Shown here in pieces: positions 60,020 through 64,000 of a stretch of DNA of 64,000 bases. The position numbers were made by a program, and so were the translations under genes. The notes under the pieces were generated by a model. It did no database searches. It was not told the DNA's origin and saw only the letters and a program-made list of their open reading frames with translations. Numbering within the stretch: position 1 is the first letter of the stretch; each line of letters starts with the position of its first letter. This DNA is from Candidatus Latescibacterota bacterium. GTDB taxonomy: Bacteria; Latescibacterota; UBA2968; GCA-2709665. The stretch is from positions 1,792,001 to 1,856,000 of the forward strand of contig OZ244937.1 of assembly GCA_965222075.1 (NCBI GenBank), read 5' to 3'.

Positions 60020-60157
60020 GGAACATCCCCGATTCTTTCGTTGGGGATCGTTTGATAAGGGATACTAATCACAACCATTTTTCAGAAACCCAAGGCCCAT
60101 CCCCTTCCACCACCTTGGTAGACACAGATCGCAAAACGCTCCTTCGCAGGAACCCCT

Positions 60158-60253
60158 ATGCTCACCATCGCTGAAGCCGATGTTGAGCAGGCCGCCCTCA
60201 CCTGGTGCCTGCCTGCGCGGAGCGCGCTGGGATGTGGAAAACAAACCATGTAG
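60158..60253 (+). pseudogene. hsdR 5'-end remnant 1
   Basis: MLTIAEADVEQAALTW, typical of HsdR N-termini; followed by a half CCTGCCTG element. Confidence 0.6.
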
Positions 60254-60263
60254 GAGCGTGCTA

Positions 60264-61142
60264 ATGAGTGAGCCATTGGGATTTTCGGTGAGAATCTTCG
60301 TCCCTTCGGGCGAGCCGGAAGGCCCGCGTGTGATTGAGAAATCGAATTGGACTGGACAGGGTCTTGTTTTTCCCCGTCCGCTCTTCGCCGAAGTTCGCAG
60401 CCGGGAGGAACTCAACCGCACCGGCGTGTATGTTCTCTGGGGACCCGGCAGATCAGAGCAACTGCCGCGCGCCTATGTGGGCGAGGGCGATGTTTTGCTG
60501 CCGCGGTTGGACAGCCACGCGAAGAAAAAGGACTTCTGGACCCATGGAATTGTCTTCACCAGCAAGGACCAGAGTCTGAACAAGGCACACGTCCAGCATC
60601 TCGAAGCGCGGCTGGTGGGACTTGCGGCCGAGGCAAAGCGCTGCGAGCTGGACAATGCGAACAACCCGCAGATGCCATCGCTATCGGATGCAGATAAGGC
60701 GGATGCGGAGCTGTATCTGGCCGACATGTTGCTATGCCTGCCGGTTGTAGGCGTAAGTTTCTTCGAAAAGCCGCGGGAGCCAGCGGGAAAGAGTCAAGAC
60801 CTGTTCCTGAACGCCAAAGGCATACAGGCACGTGGTTATGAAGGAACGGGCGATTTCGTCGTACGCACCGATTCGGAAGCGGTCAAAAACGAGGTTGCTT
60901 CGATCTCCCCCTCTATCTCCGATCTGCGGAAGGCGCTGATAAAACAGGGTGTTCTTGAAGATACGGGCACCGCGTACCGGTTCGTTCAGGACTACCCCTT
61001 CAGTTCACCCTCCAACGCAGCCAGCGTCCTATTGGGTATGAAAAGCAATGGGCGCATCGAATGGAAGGATGCCGAGGGAAGATCGTTAAAGGAAATCCAG
61101 GACGCAGCAGTGGAGGGTACCGATGAACCGGCCGTCGAGTAA
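60264..61142 (+). CDS. GIY-YIG nuclease + DUF4357 protein
   Basis: GVYVL...AYVGE..RLDSH; FSSPSNAASVLLG..NGRIEWKD. Confidence 0.88.
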   Translation: MSEPLGFSVRIFVPSGEPEGPRVIEKSNWTGQGLVFPRPLFAEVRSREELNRTGVYVLWGPGRSEQLPRAYVGEGDVLLPRLDSHAKKKDFWTHGIVFTSKDQSLNKAHVQHLEARLVGLAAEAKRCELDNANNPQMPSLSDADKADAELYLADMLLCLPVVGVSFFEKPREPAGKSQDLFLNAKGIQARGYEGTGDFVVRTDSEAVKNEVASISPSISDLRKALIKQGVLEDTGTAYRFVQDYPFSSPSNAASVLLGMKSNGRIEWKDAEGRSLKEIQDAAVEGTDEPAVE

Positions 61143-61157
61143 GCCGCTCTGGCATGA
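61119..61157 (+). pseudogene. hsdR 5'-end remnant 2 (degenerate)
   Basis: TDEPAVE*AALA* compared with the TESxVEQAALxW pattern. Confidence 0.4.
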
Positions 61158-61369
61158 CCGGATTGAACCTCGAAGCGCTCGCAATGAGCCAGGGCTACGT
61201 GCTGAAAGGTGCTTTGACGGCCACTTATGTCACGCAACGTCAATTGACGGTCAATATTAACGAAAAATGGCCAACAAAATGATTTGACGGCAATAGCCGA
61301 CTGACAACCACCACAGGTCGTCCAGGGCCGGCCGTGCCTGTTTGGCGAGGTGGTCGGCGCAGGGTGGGC

Positions 61370-61480
61370 GCCCAATCCACGCCCAACAGGGCAACCACAA
61401 GGGTTGCCCCTACGTTGGGCGGGCTTTCATCTCGGCGATAAAGTTGCAATTGGCCGCATTATAAACTTGCAATCAGACGA
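61370..61480 (-). repeat. 111 bp repeat, copy 2
   Basis: Reverse complement of 36879-36989. Confidence 0.9.
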
Positions 61481-61491
61481 TATGAGACCCC

Positions 61492-61525
61492 TTGATTCAG
61501 CGGTCTATTTGGTCTATATTGGACT
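61492..61525 (+). promoter_or_regulatory. TA promoter with GGTCTA repeats
   Basis: TTGATT-17 bp-TATATT overlapping GGTCTAT x2. Confidence 0.5.
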
Positions 61526-61548
61526 ACTACGAATCGATTGGAGGATAT

Positions 61549-61833
61549 ATGACCGCCCAACATGCCAGGCCCCACCGCGTCTGGACCGTCGCCGAGGCCA
61601 AGGCGCGCCTGTCTGAAATCCTGCGGCTTGCCGAAGAGGAGGGGCCGCAGCGTATCGGCGCGCGGAAGTCTTTCGTCGTCGTGCCCGAGCGCGTATGGCA
61701 GGCTCAATTGTCACCGCGCAAACCGCTCGGCCAGTGGTTGATCGACAACATGCCGCGCGGCGTGAATCTCGAGATCTCTGGGGATAGAACGTCCCGGCGG
61801 GAGATTCCGTTCGTTGCCGGAGAGACGGGGTGA
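61549..61833 (+). CDS. Phd/YefM-family antitoxin
   Basis: WTVAEAKARLSEILRLA..GPQRI. Confidence 0.88.
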   Translation: MTAQHARPHRVWTVAEAKARLSEILRLAEEEGPQRIGARKSFVVVPERVWQAQLSPRKPLGQWLIDNMPRGVNLEISGDRTSRREIPFVAGETG

Positions 61834-62249
61834 GCGGCTTTCTCCTGGACACCAACGTGGTCTCGGAGCTGACCAGGAACGCGCCAGACTCGCAGGTCAT
61901 CGCATTCCTGGCTGAACAGCACGACTTATGGCTATCGGCGATGGTGCTGCATGAGTTGGAGTTCGGCTTGCAACTGTTGCCGCACGGACAACGGCGAGAC
62001 GTATTGCGAGCGGCGCTGTCAGGGTTCATCACGGACTACCAGGACCGTATCCTGCCTCTGGAAAGGATGGGGGCAGAGTGGGCCGCCCACTTTCGGGCGC
62101 AGGCGCATCGCTCCGGTCGCGTGCTGGACCTGGGGGATGCACTCATCGCCGGAACTGCCAAGGCCCATGATTTGTCGCTCGCAACGAGGGATGTCGCGGA
62201 TTTCAACGGTTTGGACGTTGACGTCACCAATCCCTGGGAGGCACCGTGA
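61830..62249 (+). CDS. vapC: VapC PIN-domain toxin
   Basis: LLDTNVVSE, DALIAGTA, LATRDVADF, NPW. Confidence 0.9.
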   Translation: MSGFLLDTNVVSELTRNAPDSQVIAFLAEQHDLWLSAMVLHELEFGLQLLPHGQRRDVLRAALSGFITDYQDRILPLERMGAEWAAHFRAQAHRSGRVLDLGDALIAGTAKAHDLSLATRDVADFNGLDVDVTNPWEAP

Positions 62250-62447
62250 CCACCATCACCGAATCCGCTGTCAAGGACGCCTCTCTCGACTGGCTTGCGG
62301 AGCGCAGAAGGTGCCGCCGATTGGCGACATTTTATAGCTATGGTGAACCCGCTGTTTAGAAAAATGACAACAAACGCTCTTGAAAGCTTTATCCCTGCCG
62401 CCCTGCCGGTGCAAGATGCTAAGAGACTGACCGAGGCCATTGCATGA
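62246..62447 (+). pseudogene. hsdR 5' remnant joined to an hsdS 3' remnant
   Basis: VTTITESAVKDASLDWLA, then in another frame FIAMVNPLFRKMTTNALES...PVQDAKRLTEAIA*. Confidence 0.55.
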
Positions 62448-62944
62448 CCGATGCGCTGATGACAGATCCCGACCAGGAAGAAGCGCTGTCTCGCGTCTAT
62501 GCACACGCTGTGGCGGCGCGGGCCGGCTATGTCACGGCCAACTATGATCTGGACCGGGATGGCATCGATCTGCGGATTCAAGCGGGTGGGGCGATGCGTC
62601 CCGCGCTCGACTTGCAGTTGAAGGCGACGGTCAATCTGAGCGCGCCGGATGATGGGTACTTTCATTTCCCACTGAAGCGCAGGAATTACGACCTGCTGCG
62701 CATCGAAACACAGCCGCCGAGGTTGCTCGTGGTGCTCGACTTGCCCAGAGACAAGGAGCGGTGGGTGACGATCACCGAGGATGAGCTTGTGCTGAGGCGT
62801 CGGGCTTATTGGTTGAATCTAAAAGGTTTTGAGGAGACGGACAACCGATCATCCGTCACGGTCCGAATACCGAGGAGTAACCTGTTTGACGTCGAGAATC
62901 TGCATGCGCTGATGGAACAGTCAAGAGAAGGGAGAATCCAATGA
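62444..62944 (+). CDS. DUF4365-domain (PD-(D/E)XK-like) protein
   Basis: DRDGIDL...LDLQLKAT, NYDLLR. Confidence 0.82.
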   Translation: MTDALMTDPDQEEALSRVYAHAVAARAGYVTANYDLDRDGIDLRIQAGGAMRPALDLQLKATVNLSAPDDGYFHFPLKRRNYDLLRIETQPPRLLVVLDLPRDKERWVTITEDELVLRRRAYWLNLKGFEETDNRSSVTVRIPRSNLFDVENLHALMEQSREGRIQ

Positions 62945-64000
62945 GGGTCAGCATTCGGGACAAGGAGCCCTTGAGCGAGATTTCGCCTGCGGCCCTGTCG
63001 GCCTATGCTCGTGCTGAGGGCTGGAGAAGGACGGATAACTACGGCGATTCTTCAGACGTTTATGTATCGGACGGGTTGCCGGAGATCATCTTGCCGCGGA
63101 CCCAACGTTTGGGTGATTATGCCAACGTCGTATCGCAACTCATTGAAATCTTCGCCGATGTCGCCGGTACCGACGAACTTTCTCTCTACCGCGACCTGGT
63201 TACGGCCGACCGTGATGTCATTCGCGTGCGGGCCGCCGAAGGCGACGATGGCGCCGTATCAGTAAGCGATGGGATCGACCTTGTGTGCGGCGCGCGCGAT
63301 ATGATCCTGGCTACGGCCTGTTCGCTGCGTGATCCGCGACCGGTTTACCGCGCGGGCGCCAACAAGGAAGCCATGGGCTATGTAAACAACATCCGCATGG
63401 GGCAGACCGAGCAGGGCAGCTTCGTTGTTACGTTGTTAACCCCTGTTGTTTCGCCGCCGATGCAACAACCCCTCATTCCGAACTTGCCGCACAACGACGA
63501 CCCGATCGAGCGGAAGATGACAAAGCGTCTGGCCTCTGCTCTGCGAGCCACCCGCCAAGCGACCGAAAGAGTAGTCGGAGGAGACGCCGACGCTTTCTTG
63601 CAAGCCGTGGAAAACGGTGTAAGCGCCAATCTGTGCGAAGCGCTCGTGAGGTTGATCGAACCCTTTCCGACACTGGATGTCAGTCTGATCTGGGCACGCA
63701 CGCATCCGATGAATACGGCGCGGGAGGTCGTTCGCTTTGCCAAAGGCGACGCTCCGATCCTCCGTGAGGCCGCGAGGTTGTTCCGTAATCGCGAACCGCG
63801 ACCGGACGTCCGGTTTGTTGGCCTTGTGCACAGGCTGAAACGCGGCGAACGGGAGGTGGGGACAATCACTTTGCGAGCATATATTGACGAGCAAATGCAG
63901 TCAATTGTCGCCGTTTTGAGTCAGTCCGATTACGCGCGAGCCATCCAGGCTCATAAGGAGAAGGCGCCGGTTGTCGCAGAAGGCGACCTTGAGCGATATG
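62941..64000 (+). CDS. Hypothetical protein coupled to DUF4365, runs off window end
   Basis: Open frame from ATG overlapping the DUF4365 stop: MRVSIRDKEPLSEISPAALSAYARAEGW...GQTEQGSFVVTLL. Confidence 0.75.
   Translation, partial: MRVSIRDKEPLSEISPAALSAYARAEGWRRTDNYGDSSDVYVSDGLPEIILPRTQRLGDYANVVSQLIEIFADVAGTDELSLYRDLVTADRDVIRVRAAEGDDGAVSVSDGIDLVCGARDMILATACSLRDPRPVYRAGANKEAMGYVNNIRMGQTEQGSFVVTLLTPVVSPPMQQPLIPNLPHNDDPIERKMTKRLASALRATRQATERVVGGDADAFLQAVENGVSANLCEALVRLIEPFPTLDVSLIWARTHPMNTAREVVRFAKGDAPILREAARLFRNREPRPDVRFVGLVHRLKRGEREVGTITLRAYIDEQMQSIVAVLSQSDYARAIQAHKEKAPVVAEGDLERY

Noticed and set aside
60060-60157. Further hsdS 3' remnants here and at about 61230-61300
   Set aside because: The resemblance was too weak to support by eye; it needs a profile search.

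Overview
This is a GC-rich bacterial chromosomal window. The gene content (many Gfo/Idh/MocA oxidoreductases, a doubled UvrA, GldAFG-like ABC genes) would fit a Latescibacterota- or PVC-like lineage, but that is an inference. Positions 1-45.7 kb are core and metabolic genes: ECF sigma, ExbBD/TonB-like genes, a radical SAM/PGI/MsrP/DUF547/TVP38/MerA-like cluster, sugar-catabolic enzymes, several ABC systems, SppA, an orphan adenine methylase and a 1922-aa tandem UvrA. From 45.8 kb to the end is a defence island built on a type I restriction-modification locus. It has hsdM and an hsdS fused to a minimal nucleotidyltransferase, but no intact hsdR in the window, and it is packed with toxin-antitoxin and nuclease/ATPase cargo. 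Two signals stand out. (1) A family of 27-42 bp hairpin elements (CCTGCCTG-stem-loop-stem-CG-CAG[G/A]CAGG) is inserted in frame, without target duplication and twice nested, inside uvrA and hsdS. (2) The spacers between cargo genes of the RM island are made of remnants of hsdM 3' ends, hsdR 5' ends, an hsdS 3' end and neighbouring cargo genes, which suggests a tandem cassette array that grows by recombination at hsd gene ends. No rRNA, tRNA, CRISPR array, integrase or transposase was seen.
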